From a virus: a DNA stretch of 64,000 bases. Positions 19,242 to 28,578 of the stretch are shown in pieces. Location: IMG/VR virus record IMGVR_UViG_3300034200_001536, positions 39,215-103,214 of that record; one strand, given 5' to 3'. The position numbers were made by a program, and so were the translations under genes. The notes under the pieces are model-generated. The model was not told the DNA's origin. It saw only the letters and a list, made by a program, of their open reading frames with translations, and did no database searches. The stretch's first letter is position 1. Each line of letters opens with the position of its first letter.

Positions 19242-19631
19242 ATGAAAAAAGAACAACTAAAACAAATTATAAAACCATTAATAAAAGAATGCCTTATGGA
19301 AGTTCTTGTAGAAGAAGGTTTTACAAAAATGTTATCAGAGTCTATTAAACAGCCAACTATAGTTCAACAAACAAGAACAATAGAAAAAGATATAAATCAA
19401 CAGTCTGTAACACAAAAAAAATCAATAACAGAATTACAAGAAGCAAAGAAAAAAATGTTAGATGCAATAGGTAATTCTGGCTTTGATGTCTTTGCCGGTA
19501 CTCAACCGTTAAAAGAAGACCAAGAGATTGTTAATAGCGACCCCGGTATAGATATTAGCAAATTATTAGAAAATAAACAAGTTTGGAAACAAACATTAAA
19601 TGCCATGAATGGCAAGAAAGTAAAAGAGTAA
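19242..19631 (+). CDS. Hypothetical protein with MKKEQLKQIIKPLIKE leader
   Basis: GAGGA SD; shared leader. Confidence 0.65.
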   Translation: MKKEQLKQIIKPLIKECLMEVLVEEGFTKMLSESIKQPTIVQQTRTIEKDINQQSVTQKKSITELQEAKKKMLDAIGNSGFDVFAGTQPLKEDQEIVNSDPGIDISKLLENKQVWKQTLNAMNGKKVKE

Positions 19632-19634
19632 CAA

Positions 19635-19940
19635 ATGAGTAAGCGTCCTGTAAATTTAGAAACAAGATTACCAAAAGGTTTACAACCATCATTAGAAAAT
19701 AATGAATTATTGATTAATAGATTTTTAAAAGCTTGCAGCAAAGAATCCCTAACACAGTATCTTTATGATTATTCTGCTTATACAAGACGATTTGACAAGC
19801 CCAGCGTATTAGAACGTCAACGTCAATTACAATATAAGCGTAATGCTAAAAAAGCAAATCAATTATTGATGACTGACCCTGAAGTTTCCACAAAAAAGAA
19901 AAAGAAAAAGCCTGCTAAACGTGCAGAATCAGCACAATAA
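19635..19940 (+). CDS. rpsU: Divergent ribosomal protein bS21 homolog
   Basis: ENNELLINRFLKACSKE...RFDKPS..RQR resembles bS21 (E..D.ALRRFKR.C.K...YEKP..RKR); basic tail. Confidence 0.65.
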   Translation: MSKRPVNLETRLPKGLQPSLENNELLINRFLKACSKESLTQYLYDYSAYTRRFDKPSVLERQRQLQYKRNAKKANQLLMTDPEVSTKKKKKKPAKRAESAQ

Positions 19941-19962
19941 TTGTCATTTCAGTGCAATTAAT

Positions 19963-19971
19963 ACTAATTAA
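19963..19971 (+). promoter_or_regulatory. Putative late promoter ACTAATTAA
   Basis: Upstream of scaffold/capsid; within inverted repeat ATTAATACT/AGTATTAAT. Confidence 0.55.
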
Positions 19972-20011
19972 GTAAAAGTATTAATCTTTTTCCTGCATAC
20001 AGGAGATATTC

Positions 20012-21361
20012 ATGTCAGATTTGTTACAACAAGCGATGATTGATGCTGCCGCTTTAAAAGAAGCAGCCATTAAGAATGCCGAAAACGCATTGATTGAAAA
20101 ATATTCTCAAGAATTCAATCAAACAGTACAAAAATTATTAGAACAAGAAGTAGCGACAGCCCCAGAAGCTGCAGCTGCTTCTTCTCCATCTCCAGAAACT
20201 ATGCAAACAGCCGGTATGTCTGATGCAGAACCTTCTTTAGACCCATCTACATTAGACCCAATGGCTGGCGGCTTAGAAACAGCAGGAGATATTGGCAAAA
20301 AGGATGCATTTTCTAAAGTCCCCGGTGCTTTTTCCAATATTTCTGATGATGAAATGATTACAATTAACTTTGACCAAATACGTGCAACATTAAATGAAAT
20401 GTTGGGTTATCAAACAAATCAAGACCCAACATCAGACGCTTTAGCACAAGGTAAGGCGCCTATTAATGTAACCGAAGAAGAAATTTCTTCACCTTCTAAA
20501 GTAAAAGTGAAAGTTGTTGGTGAAAAAGAATCAGAAGAAGAAAAAGAAGAAGAAAAAGAAGAAGAAGAAATGGAAGAATTGGAACTTGAAGAAGCAGAAT
20601 TAGCTTCTCCTGAAGTTGTATCTGCCGAAAGAGAATTAGCTGATAAACAAGCTGCTGTTGCTAGTGCACAAAAGAAAATAGGTGACGCTAAAGTTAAAGC
20701 TGCCGAAGAAGCTGCTCGTAAAGCTAAAGAAGCTGCTACAACAGCCACCCCTTCTTCTCTAGGAGAAGATATTGAATTGACCGAAGAAGAACTTCAAGAA
20801 CTAGCTGAAGAATTAAAGGTTGATTTAAAGGTTGGTAACTTAAGCGACGGTTATCTCGGTTCCACAGAAACACAAAAACGTGAACAGCGTAATGTTGAGT
20901 TAGCAGCTGCACGTGATGAAGCGGCAGCAAAAGAACGCGAAGCAGAAATGCAAAAAATGAAAGACTTGATGCAAGAAAACGTAAAGTATAAAGATTTAAA
21001 TAGTGAATTATTAAATGCAGTAGAATCATTAAAAGAACAAATGGAAAAAATTAATCTTTCTAATGCAAAATTATTATACACAAACAAAGCTCTAGGAAAT
21101 ATCTCCTTGAATGAGCGACAAAAACAAAATATTGTCGAATCAATTTCCAAAGCAGATAGTGTATTAGCGGCGAAGACAATCTATGAAACACTTCAAAATG
21201 CGGTTGATAGTGTAGCTAAAGAAAAAGAAGCTCCACAATCACTCCGCGAAGCATTAAATAGAGCACCTTCTCCATTCGTAGTAAAGAAGTCCTCTGCTAA
21301 TAATATTAATGACTTAATGGCAGAAAGAATGAAAGCCCTAGCGGGTATCAAAAAACAATAA
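20012..21361 (+). CDS. Prohead core/scaffolding protein
   Basis: Acidic coiled coil with many LxE sites, directly before the capsid gene. Confidence 0.8.
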   Translation: MSDLLQQAMIDAAALKEAAIKNAENALIEKYSQEFNQTVQKLLEQEVATAPEAAAASSPSPETMQTAGMSDAEPSLDPSTLDPMAGGLETAGDIGKKDAFSKVPGAFSNISDDEMITINFDQIRATLNEMLGYQTNQDPTSDALAQGKAPINVTEEEISSPSKVKVKVVGEKESEEEKEEEKEEEEMEELELEEAELASPEVVSAERELADKQAAVASAQKKIGDAKVKAAEEAARKAKEAATTATPSSLGEDIELTEEELQELAEELKVDLKVGNLSDGYLGSTETQKREQRNVELAAARDEAAAKEREAEMQKMKDLMQENVKYKDLNSELLNAVESLKEQMEKINLSNAKLLYTNKALGNISLNERQKQNIVESISKADSVLAAKTIYETLQNAVDSVAKEKEAPQSLREALNRAPSPFVVKKSSANNINDLMAERMKALAGIKKQ

Positions 21362-21381
21362 CTATCTTAAGGAGATATAAA

Positions 21382-23151
21382 ATGAGTAACATCTTGGAAC
21401 GCCTCACAGAAGGCGTAGTAGAAAAAAACATGTTAAATGAAACAAAGGCAGTAGTAGGTAAGTGGGAAAAGTCTGGTCTTTTGGAAGGTTTAAAGACAGA
21501 CCGTGAACGCAGCACCATGGCAGTATTATTAGAAAACCAAGCAAAAGAACTTCTCCGCGAATCAACCACAATGGCAGGAGGTGATGTTCAAGGTTTCGCA
21601 GCTGTAGCTTTCCCAATCGTACGCAGAGTATTCGCTGGCTTAATTGCTAACGACCTCGTATCTGTACAACCAATGAGCTTACCAAGCGGTCTTGTATTCT
21701 TCATGGATTTCCGTCGTGGTACAAACATTGGTAGCACTGGTGACACCGTATTCGCAGTATCTTCTTCACTATTCGGCGACCGTCTTGGTGTACAAATCAC
21801 TGGCGGCGTTCGTGTAGACGGCGTAGATAATGCTGAAAAGGGTTTCTACAATCTTGCTAACGGCTATAACACATCACGCTACAGCAGCGGTGTAGCAACT
21901 GGTAGCGTAACATTACAAGCTGGTCCAATGAACTTGCAAGACGCTGGCGCAAACGCTTCAGCCACTGACTTGTCAGCTATTCGCTATGATGCGGATTTAT
22001 TATCCGACCCAGCATACGTATCAGCTTCCGTACTTAAGATTCCACTTGCTAGCTTGGATTATGGCACTCTATTAGCAGTACAAGACGTATTTGCTACATC
22101 ACTTGTAACAAGCAGCGCAGACGTAAACGCAGCTGGTGATTATACAGGCGGCGGCGCATTAGGTGCCGGTGCAAAAGTTATTCGTCGTTTGAGCAGCATC
22201 TCTGGTTCACACTTGTTATTAGCTGTAGCTACACCAAGCACAAGTCCAACAGTAGCAAACTTGTTCTCTGGTGCTAACTTTGCAGTTGTAACATATCCAA
22301 TCAAGGATAATCTCACCAACGTAGGTACCGACGCTCTTGGTGCATTAGCCGGTGCAACACCTTGGACATTTGAAGGTTCTACTGCAATTCCAGAAATCGA
22401 ATTGAAGGTAGACAGCTTCTCCATCACTGCTCGCACACGTAAGCTCAAGGCTCAATGGACCCCAGAATTAGGTCAAGACTTGAACGCTTACCACAACTTG
22501 GACGCAGAAGTAGAATTAACCTCCATGTTATCTGAACAAATCGGTCTTGAAATCGACCAAGAAATTCTTAACGACTTAGTTAAGGGTGCAACAGCAGGTA
22601 CCAAATATTGGAGCCGTCGTCCCGGTAAGTTCGTAAACCGTGCAACTGGCGCAGAAATCAATGCTGGTTCTCCAACATCACCACCAGACTTCACTGGTAA
22701 CGTAAGCATGTGGTACGAAACACTCGTTGAAACAATCAACGATGTATCTGCCAACATTCACCGTAAGACATTACGCGGTGGTGCAAACTTCCTCGTATGC
22801 TCACCAGAAGTTGCAAACATTCTTGAATTCACCAGCGGTTTCCGTGCATCTGTAACAAACGATGCAGAAAAGGGCACCGTAGGCGCAGTCAAGGTTGGCG
22901 ATATGAACAAGAAGTGGGACGTTATCGTTCACCCATACTTCCTCCGTAACGTAATTCTCGTTGGCCGTAAGGGTGGCAGCTTCTTAGAAAGCGGTTACGT
23001 ATATGCACCATACGTACCACTACAATCCACACCAACCATCTTCTCACCAACCGACTTTACACCACGTAAGGCTGTAATGACCCGTTATGGTAAGGCAATG
23101 GTTCGTCCAGACATGTACGGTCTTGTAGTAGTAGAAGACCTCTTGGGCTAA
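21382..23151 (+). CDS. Major capsid protein (T4 gp23-like)
   Basis: LVSVQPMSLPSGLVF, RKLKAQWTPELGQDL, GYVYAPYVPL, FTPRKAVMTRY. Confidence 0.97.
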   Translation: MSNILERLTEGVVEKNMLNETKAVVGKWEKSGLLEGLKTDRERSTMAVLLENQAKELLRESTTMAGGDVQGFAAVAFPIVRRVFAGLIANDLVSVQPMSLPSGLVFFMDFRRGTNIGSTGDTVFAVSSSLFGDRLGVQITGGVRVDGVDNAEKGFYNLANGYNTSRYSSGVATGSVTLQAGPMNLQDAGANASATDLSAIRYDADLLSDPAYVSASVLKIPLASLDYGTLLAVQDVFATSLVTSSADVNAAGDYTGGGALGAGAKVIRRLSSISGSHLLLAVATPSTSPTVANLFSGANFAVVTYPIKDNLTNVGTDALGALAGATPWTFEGSTAIPEIELKVDSFSITARTRKLKAQWTPELGQDLNAYHNLDAEVELTSMLSEQIGLEIDQEILNDLVKGATAGTKYWSRRPGKFVNRATGAEINAGSPTSPPDFTGNVSMWYETLVETINDVSANIHRKTLRGGANFLVCSPEVANILEFTSGFRASVTNDAEKGTVGAVKVGDMNKKWDVIVHPYFLRNVILVGRKGGSFLESGYVYAPYVPLQSTPTIFSPTDFTPRKAVMTRYGKAMVRPDMYGLVVVEDLLG

Positions 23152-23175
23152 TAATTAAAAGAGGTTAAAATCTCT

Positions 23176-23206
23176 GCCCCGCTACTGAAAGGTAGCGGGG
23201 TTTTTT
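23176..23206 (+). terminator. Rho-independent terminator after capsid gene
   Basis: CCCCGCTAC-TGAAAG-GTAGCGGGG-TTTTTT. Confidence 0.9.
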
Positions 23207-23232
23207 ATTTGTGAAGAAAGAAGATAATTACA

Positions 23233-23241
23233 ACTAATTAC
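23233..23241 (+). promoter_or_regulatory. Putative late promoter ACTAATTAC
   Basis: Between the terminator and the neck gene, where a new promoter is needed. Confidence 0.6.
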
Positions 23242-23266
23242 TATACTATTTCCCGAGGAATAAAAG

Positions 23267-24571
23267 ATGGCACTTCCTAATTTTTCGCCTGCTTCGCAAA
23301 TGAGTAAGGTGATATTACCACCAACTGGCAATGTCGCTAATGTAACTGTTACTAGTTTACCATTTGGTGTTTATGTATCAACAAATTATTGGACAAATGA
23401 ACAAATATCTTCTTATAAATCAGGTTCCGTAGAAGAAGTGGCGTTTGTTTATAAAAAGTTAGGCGGTGACGTAGTAGATATTGAATTAGTTGAAACACAA
23501 GTTCATGCTGCTTATGAAGAAGCTTGTTTAGAATATTCATATCTTATCAATTTACATCAAGCAAAGAATGCTTTGCCATTTATTCTTGGACAAGATACAG
23601 GTTCGTTTAATAACGACGGACAATTAACGGGCAGCAATAGTGGAAGTTTATTAAATGCTAATCTTGCATTTCCAAAAATGCAATTTGTATATGCTAAAAA
23701 CATTGGTATGGCAGTTAATACCTTAGTAGGCTTAAATGGTAATGAACCAATCTATTCTTCTTCTTTTAATATGGTTCCCGGTCAGCAAGATTATGATTTA
23801 CAAGCAGCTGCTTCTGCTTCTGCCTTATCGGGCGGATGGGATTTAAACGATAAGCGCATTAATATACAAAAAGTTTATTATAAAACCGCTGGTGCATCAT
23901 GGAATTTTTATGGCTATTTCGGCGGTCTTAACGTTGTAGGTAACTTGTCAACATACGGTCAATATGCAGATGATAGCACATTTGAAATTATTCCTGCATG
24001 GCAAAATAAATTACAAGCAATGGCGTATGAAGATGCAATTAAAACCCGTGTAAGCGATTGGTCATTCCAGATTCGTAATAACATGTTGAGAATATTTCCA
24101 GTTCCTAACGCATCTTCACCAGAAAAGTTTTGGTTTGATTTTACTGTTAGTTCAAATGCTTGGGAACAAACACCACAAACAGTGGGTATTAGCGGCTCTA
24201 CAGCCCCAGCAGAAAGTGGAATCAATGGTATTAATAATATGAACACAATACCATTTCAAAACTTACCATATGATAAAATAAATAGCATTGGTAAACAATG
24301 GATTCGTCGTTTTGCTTTAGCTTTATGCAAAGAAATGCTTGGTCAAATTCGTAGTAAGTGGGATAAAATTCCTATTCCCGGTGATTCAGTCGTTTTAAAT
24401 GGCGATAAATTAATCAGTGAAGGTAAAGAAGAACAAGATAAACTTCGTGAAGAATTGAAAACACAACTTGCAGACATGACATATGTTAAGTTGGGAGAAG
24501 ATAGCGCTAAAACAATGGAAGATGCTTCAAAAACACAAGCATATGTTCCAAATCTTATCTTTGTTGGTTAG
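23267..24571 (+). CDS. Neck/head-tail adaptor (gp13-like)
   Basis: LGGDVVDIEL N-terminus; WIRRFALALCKEMLGQIRSK...VLNGDKL C-terminus; position after capsid. Confidence 0.75.
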   Translation: MALPNFSPASQMSKVILPPTGNVANVTVTSLPFGVYVSTNYWTNEQISSYKSGSVEEVAFVYKKLGGDVVDIELVETQVHAAYEEACLEYSYLINLHQAKNALPFILGQDTGSFNNDGQLTGSNSGSLLNANLAFPKMQFVYAKNIGMAVNTLVGLNGNEPIYSSSFNMVPGQQDYDLQAAASASALSGGWDLNDKRINIQKVYYKTAGASWNFYGYFGGLNVVGNLSTYGQYADDSTFEIIPAWQNKLQAMAYEDAIKTRVSDWSFQIRNNMLRIFPVPNASSPEKFWFDFTVSSNAWEQTPQTVGISGSTAPAESGINGINNMNTIPFQNLPYDKINSIGKQWIRRFALALCKEMLGQIRSKWDKIPIPGDSVVLNGDKLISEGKEEQDKLREELKTQLADMTYVKLGEDSAKTMEDASKTQAYVPNLIFVG

Positions 24572-24593
24572 TTTTGTCTTTGGAATAATTTAA

Positions 24594-25112
24594 ATGGCAC
24601 GTAAAAAGAAAACAAAAGCTAGTTTAGCTGAAAACATTGCTAGACAACCAGAAGCTCCTCCCCCGCCGTTATTTCTTGGCGAGAAGGAACGTAATCTTGT
24701 TAAGCAAGTAAATGATGAAATTATTGAGCGTGTTATTGGACAAACAGTTACCTACTATCCAATGAGCCGTGAACATACAAACTATCATCCAGTTTATGGC
24801 GAGGCTATACAAAAAACTTTCCTTTCCCCAATTAAAGTTCAAGCATTGGTGGAATGGGAAGGAAGTAAAACAACAACTCAAGTTTTTGGTATAGACCGTG
24901 TTACTTCGATTACAGTTAATTTTCATCGCAGAAGATTAACAGAAGACCAAGATTTATATGTCCGTGAAGGTGATTTCGTATTATACGGCGAAGTATTTTA
25001 TGAAATTGTTACGATAGCGGAACCAAAAAATTTATTTGGTCAAGTAGATTATAAATTTGAAGTTGTTGCAAAGTGCATTAAGGCTAGAGAAAGCGTATTT
25101 AATGCCAAATAA
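24594..25112 (+). CDS. Head closure/neck protein (gp14-like)
   Basis: HPVYGEA and VREGDFVLY motifs; position between neck and sheath. Confidence 0.6.
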   Translation: MARKKKTKASLAENIARQPEAPPPPLFLGEKERNLVKQVNDEIIERVIGQTVTYYPMSREHTNYHPVYGEAIQKTFLSPIKVQALVEWEGSKTTTQVFGIDRVTSITVNFHRRRLTEDQDLYVREGDFVLYGEVFYEIVTIAEPKNLFGQVDYKFEVVAKCIKARESVFNAK

Positions 25113-25146
25113 AACAACAATTTATAGCTTTTTCAAAAAAAGTACT

Positions 25147-25155
25147 ACTATTTAT
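25147..25155 (+). promoter_or_regulatory. Putative late promoter ACTATTTAT
   Basis: Intergenic copy before the sheath gene. Confidence 0.6.
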
Positions 25156-25208
25156 ATTAAGTCAAACGACTATAATTTTTGCCTATACTCCCAAAGGAGA
25201 ATTGAATA

Positions 25209-27899
25209 ATGTCAGTTTCCAAGTTCAGATTTGTATCCCCCGGTGTGTTCGTCAATGAAATAGACAACTCACAATTACCAAGATTACCAGAAGATATGGG
25301 ACCAGTTATCATTGGTCGCTCTCTTCGTGGTCCAATGATGCGTCCAGTACGTATTCAAAGCTTCTCCGATTTCGTAGATGTTTTCGGTGAACCAGTTGCC
25401 GGTGGTGTTGGTGGTGATGTTTGGAGAGATGGAAATCGCTTGACACCTACTTACGCAGCCTATGCAGCACAAGCATATTTGAAAAATTCTTCTCCTATCA
25501 CATTCGTTCGTTTGGGTGGGTTTCAATATCGTGGCGTTTCCGCTACAACAGCAGCAAAAGCAGGTTGGGAAGTGGGCACAACATACGGTTTATTCGTTGC
25601 AACTGCCGTTTCAGAAAGTGGCGGTTGGAAAGTCACTGGCAGCGCTCCTTTGGCTGCAATGATTTATGCTTCTGGTTCATTAGGCTTAGTTGGTAAGAGC
25701 TTAACAGGCTCTGTAGATGACGTATTTAATAAAGAAGCAACTTGGGTACGTGTTGATGGTGCAAATTTAGAATCAAGAATTATTGCCAACGGCGTAACCT
25801 CAAGTTTCAACTTAAACGAAGATTCTAAGAAATATATTAGAAATATATTAAACGTAAATCCAACCGCTTATGACACTAAGAAATATTTCCTTGGTGAATC
25901 ATTCGCTTCATTTGTTGAAGCAAAAGGCATTTCTTTAAATTCAACCGGCAGTGCAGCAATCTTGTTAAAACTAGCTGGTTATCAAAACTTTAAGCAAGAA
26001 GCACAAGATGCGGCAACAGGTTATATCGTAGCACAACACTTAGGAGTAACAAGCTCATATACTCCTAATGCCAGTGGTTCTTACACAGAATTACAGCAAT
26101 TATTTAGATTCGTTGGCTTAACAGAAGGTGAATGGAATAGCCAAAACTTAAAGATTTCTATTGAAGATATTAAATTACCAGCAAACTCTTATGTTAAATA
26201 CGGTACGTTCACTGTATCTGTAAGAAAAGCAGCTGATAACGACGTTCAACCACAATACGTTGAAAGATTTACTGGTTTGAATCTCGACCCTTCTAGTGAA
26301 AACTATATCGCCAAGAGAATTGGTGATAAATATACAGAATGGGATTATGACAAAGCATCATATATTGAATATGGTACTTATGATAATAACTCTAAATTTA
26401 TTAGAGTAGAAATGAATACAGATGTAGACGATGCTAAAATCGACCCCGGTTTATTACCATTTGGTTATTATGGTCCAGTAATGTATGCAGACCTAACATT
26501 GTCTGGTTCTGGCACTTCTGGAACAGCAGCCTCTGCTCAACTAGCAGGTAACAATATTACTGGCGCTTATATCTATTCAGCAAGCTTCTTAATGCCACAA
26601 ATTCCATTATTGGATAGCAAGGCAAATTCTCCTGTTTCTTCATTGTCAGCAGTATATTGGGGCGTAAAATCAACTGTTGATGCAACCAAGACTATTAATG
26701 CAGATTACCCAGATTTTGTTAGAGCAACACCAGCAACATTTACTGCAACTAAATATCAATACATGTTCTCACTTGATGATGTAAGTGCATCAGTAAGTAA
26801 TGGAGCAATAGTAGAATCAGGCGGTGCATCATGGGCACAAGGCAATAGACTTGCGGGCACATCTGTTACAGCAAATAACACAATCGACGTATTATTAAGC
26901 AAGTTTGACCAATTCACAGTACCAATGTACGGTGGTTTTGATGGTGTAGATATTACTGACCGTGACCCGTTCGCAAACTCTGTATTAACTGGTGACCAAA
27001 ATACCAATTATGCTTATAACAGCGTTAAGGTAGCAATCGAAAGCATTGCAGACCCAGAAGTAGTAGAAATGAACCTTGCATGTATGCCCGGTATTACCGT
27101 ATCTGGCTTGAACGGTCAATTAATTGAAAAGTGCGAACTTCGTGGTGATGCATTAGCAATCGTAGATTTAGATGGCGATTATGACCCAGAAACAAGAGCA
27201 AAGCCAAATGTAGATACTGTAATTAATGAAGCAAAAGATAACTATGCAAACACAAGCTATGGTTGCACATTCTTCCCATGGGTATTGGTAAAAGATACCA
27301 TCAATAACAATAAGTTATGGGTTCCACCGTCTGTTGTAGCATTAGGTACTTTCTCTTCTTCACAAAAGAAGACAGAATTATGGTTTGCTCCAGCAGGATT
27401 TAACCGTGGTGGCTTGACAGACGGCGCAGCAGGTTTGCCAGTTCTTCAAACAGCATTACGCTTGAATTCTAAGGACCGTGATGCTCTTTACGAAGCTAAC
27501 ATTAATCCAATTGCTACATTCCCAGCAGAAGGAATTGTAATCTTTGGTCAAAAGACTCTACAAGTAACTCCATCAGCACTTGACCGTATCAACGTTCGTC
27601 GTTTGATGATTTACTTGAAGAAAGAAGTTAGCCGTATGGCAAGCACAGTATTGTTTGACCCAAACGTAGAAGTAACTTGGAAGCGCTTCTTGAACCAAGC
27701 AGAACCATTCCTTGCAAGCGTTCAATCACGTTTTGGTCTTTCTGAATATCGTGTTATCTTGGACAACACAACAACTACACCAGACTTGGTAGATAGAAAT
27801 ATCGTATATGCCAAGATTTTATTGAAACCAACCCGTGCAATCGAATTTATCGCACTTGACTTCGTAATCACAAATACTGGTGCAAGTTTCGCAGATTAA
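25209..27899 (+). CDS. Contractile tail sheath protein
   Basis: SPGVFVNEID, WFAPAGFNRG, GQKTL, DRINVRRL, KPTRAIEFI. Confidence 0.95.
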   Translation: MSVSKFRFVSPGVFVNEIDNSQLPRLPEDMGPVIIGRSLRGPMMRPVRIQSFSDFVDVFGEPVAGGVGGDVWRDGNRLTPTYAAYAAQAYLKNSSPITFVRLGGFQYRGVSATTAAKAGWEVGTTYGLFVATAVSESGGWKVTGSAPLAAMIYASGSLGLVGKSLTGSVDDVFNKEATWVRVDGANLESRIIANGVTSSFNLNEDSKKYIRNILNVNPTAYDTKKYFLGESFASFVEAKGISLNSTGSAAILLKLAGYQNFKQEAQDAATGYIVAQHLGVTSSYTPNASGSYTELQQLFRFVGLTEGEWNSQNLKISIEDIKLPANSYVKYGTFTVSVRKAADNDVQPQYVERFTGLNLDPSSENYIAKRIGDKYTEWDYDKASYIEYGTYDNNSKFIRVEMNTDVDDAKIDPGLLPFGYYGPVMYADLTLSGSGTSGTAASAQLAGNNITGAYIYSASFLMPQIPLLDSKANSPVSSLSAVYWGVKSTVDATKTINADYPDFVRATPATFTATKYQYMFSLDDVSASVSNGAIVESGGASWAQGNRLAGTSVTANNTIDVLLSKFDQFTVPMYGGFDGVDITDRDPFANSVLTGDQNTNYAYNSVKVAIESIADPEVVEMNLACMPGITVSGLNGQLIEKCELRGDALAIVDLDGDYDPETRAKPNVDTVINEAKDNYANTSYGCTFFPWVLVKDTINNNKLWVPPSVVALGTFSSSQKKTELWFAPAGFNRGGLTDGAAGLPVLQTALRLNSKDRDALYEANINPIATFPAEGIVIFGQKTLQVTPSALDRINVRRLMIYLKKEVSRMASTVLFDPNVEVTWKRFLNQAEPFLASVQSRFGLSEYRVILDNTTTTPDLVDRNIVYAKILLKPTRAIEFIALDFVITNTGASFAD

Positions 27900-27912
27900 A
27901 GTAAATAATTAA

Positions 27913-27942
27913 GTTGCCTACTATATAATAATGGTAGGCAAC
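27913..27942 (+). promoter_or_regulatory. Hairpin enclosing late-motif variant ACTATATAA
   Basis: GTTGCCTAC...GTAGGCAAC. Confidence 0.5.
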
Positions 27943-27960
27943 GTTTAGGAGAATAAATAC

Positions 27961-28545
27961 ATGGCATTTTGGAGCGCAGTAGGTACAGAGCCTAAAAGAG
28001 CACACAGATGGGTTGTAACTTTCCCAGCAGCTGGTGTAAATTTGCAACAAATTTCTTATGCTTTAAAGAAGGTTGATAAACCAAAAGCAAAGATTGGTGA
28101 AGTTCCGCACAAATACTTAAATCATACTTTTTACTATCCCGGTCGTTTGGAATGGGAAGCAGTAAATATGACTTTTGCCTCTGTTACTCAAGTAGACGCT
28201 AACCAACTTGTTAATGACGTATTGTTGGCAGCTGGCTACGGCGTACCACAAAATGCAGGAACATCCGTAGAACAACGTGCAACAATCGGCAAAAATAAAT
28301 TTGCTGGTGCATTAGGTAGAAAAATTTATATTCAACAAGTTGACGCAGACGGCGAAAAAATTGAAGAATGGGAATTAAATAATCCTTTCTTCACTAGCGT
28401 ACAATTTGGTGCATTAGATTATAGCAGCGAAGAAATCGTAGAAATTTCATGCACTGTAAGATATGATTGGGCAAAGCTAAACACTCCGATATTAACAACT
28501 GAAGAACCAGAAATTCCCACAGCAGGAAGCCCCGGTATTCCATAG
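27961..28545 (+). CDS. Tail tube protein (gp19-like)
   Basis: Follows sheath; YYPGRLEW and FGALDYSSEEIVEISCTVRYDWA. Confidence 0.85.
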   Translation: MAFWSAVGTEPKRAHRWVVTFPAAGVNLQQISYALKKVDKPKAKIGEVPHKYLNHTFYYPGRLEWEAVNMTFASVTQVDANQLVNDVLLAAGYGVPQNAGTSVEQRATIGKNKFAGALGRKIYIQQVDADGEKIEEWELNNPFFTSVQFGALDYSSEEIVEISCTVRYDWAKLNTPILTTEEPEIPTAGSPGIP

Positions 28546-28578
28546 TAGCTTTTATTTAACGTTTTATATACCACCATT

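Noticed and set aside
20520-20600. GAAGAA/GAAAAA repeats in scaffold (similar at 7900-8070)
   Set aside because: Low-complexity Glu/Lys coding, not a DNA repeat element.
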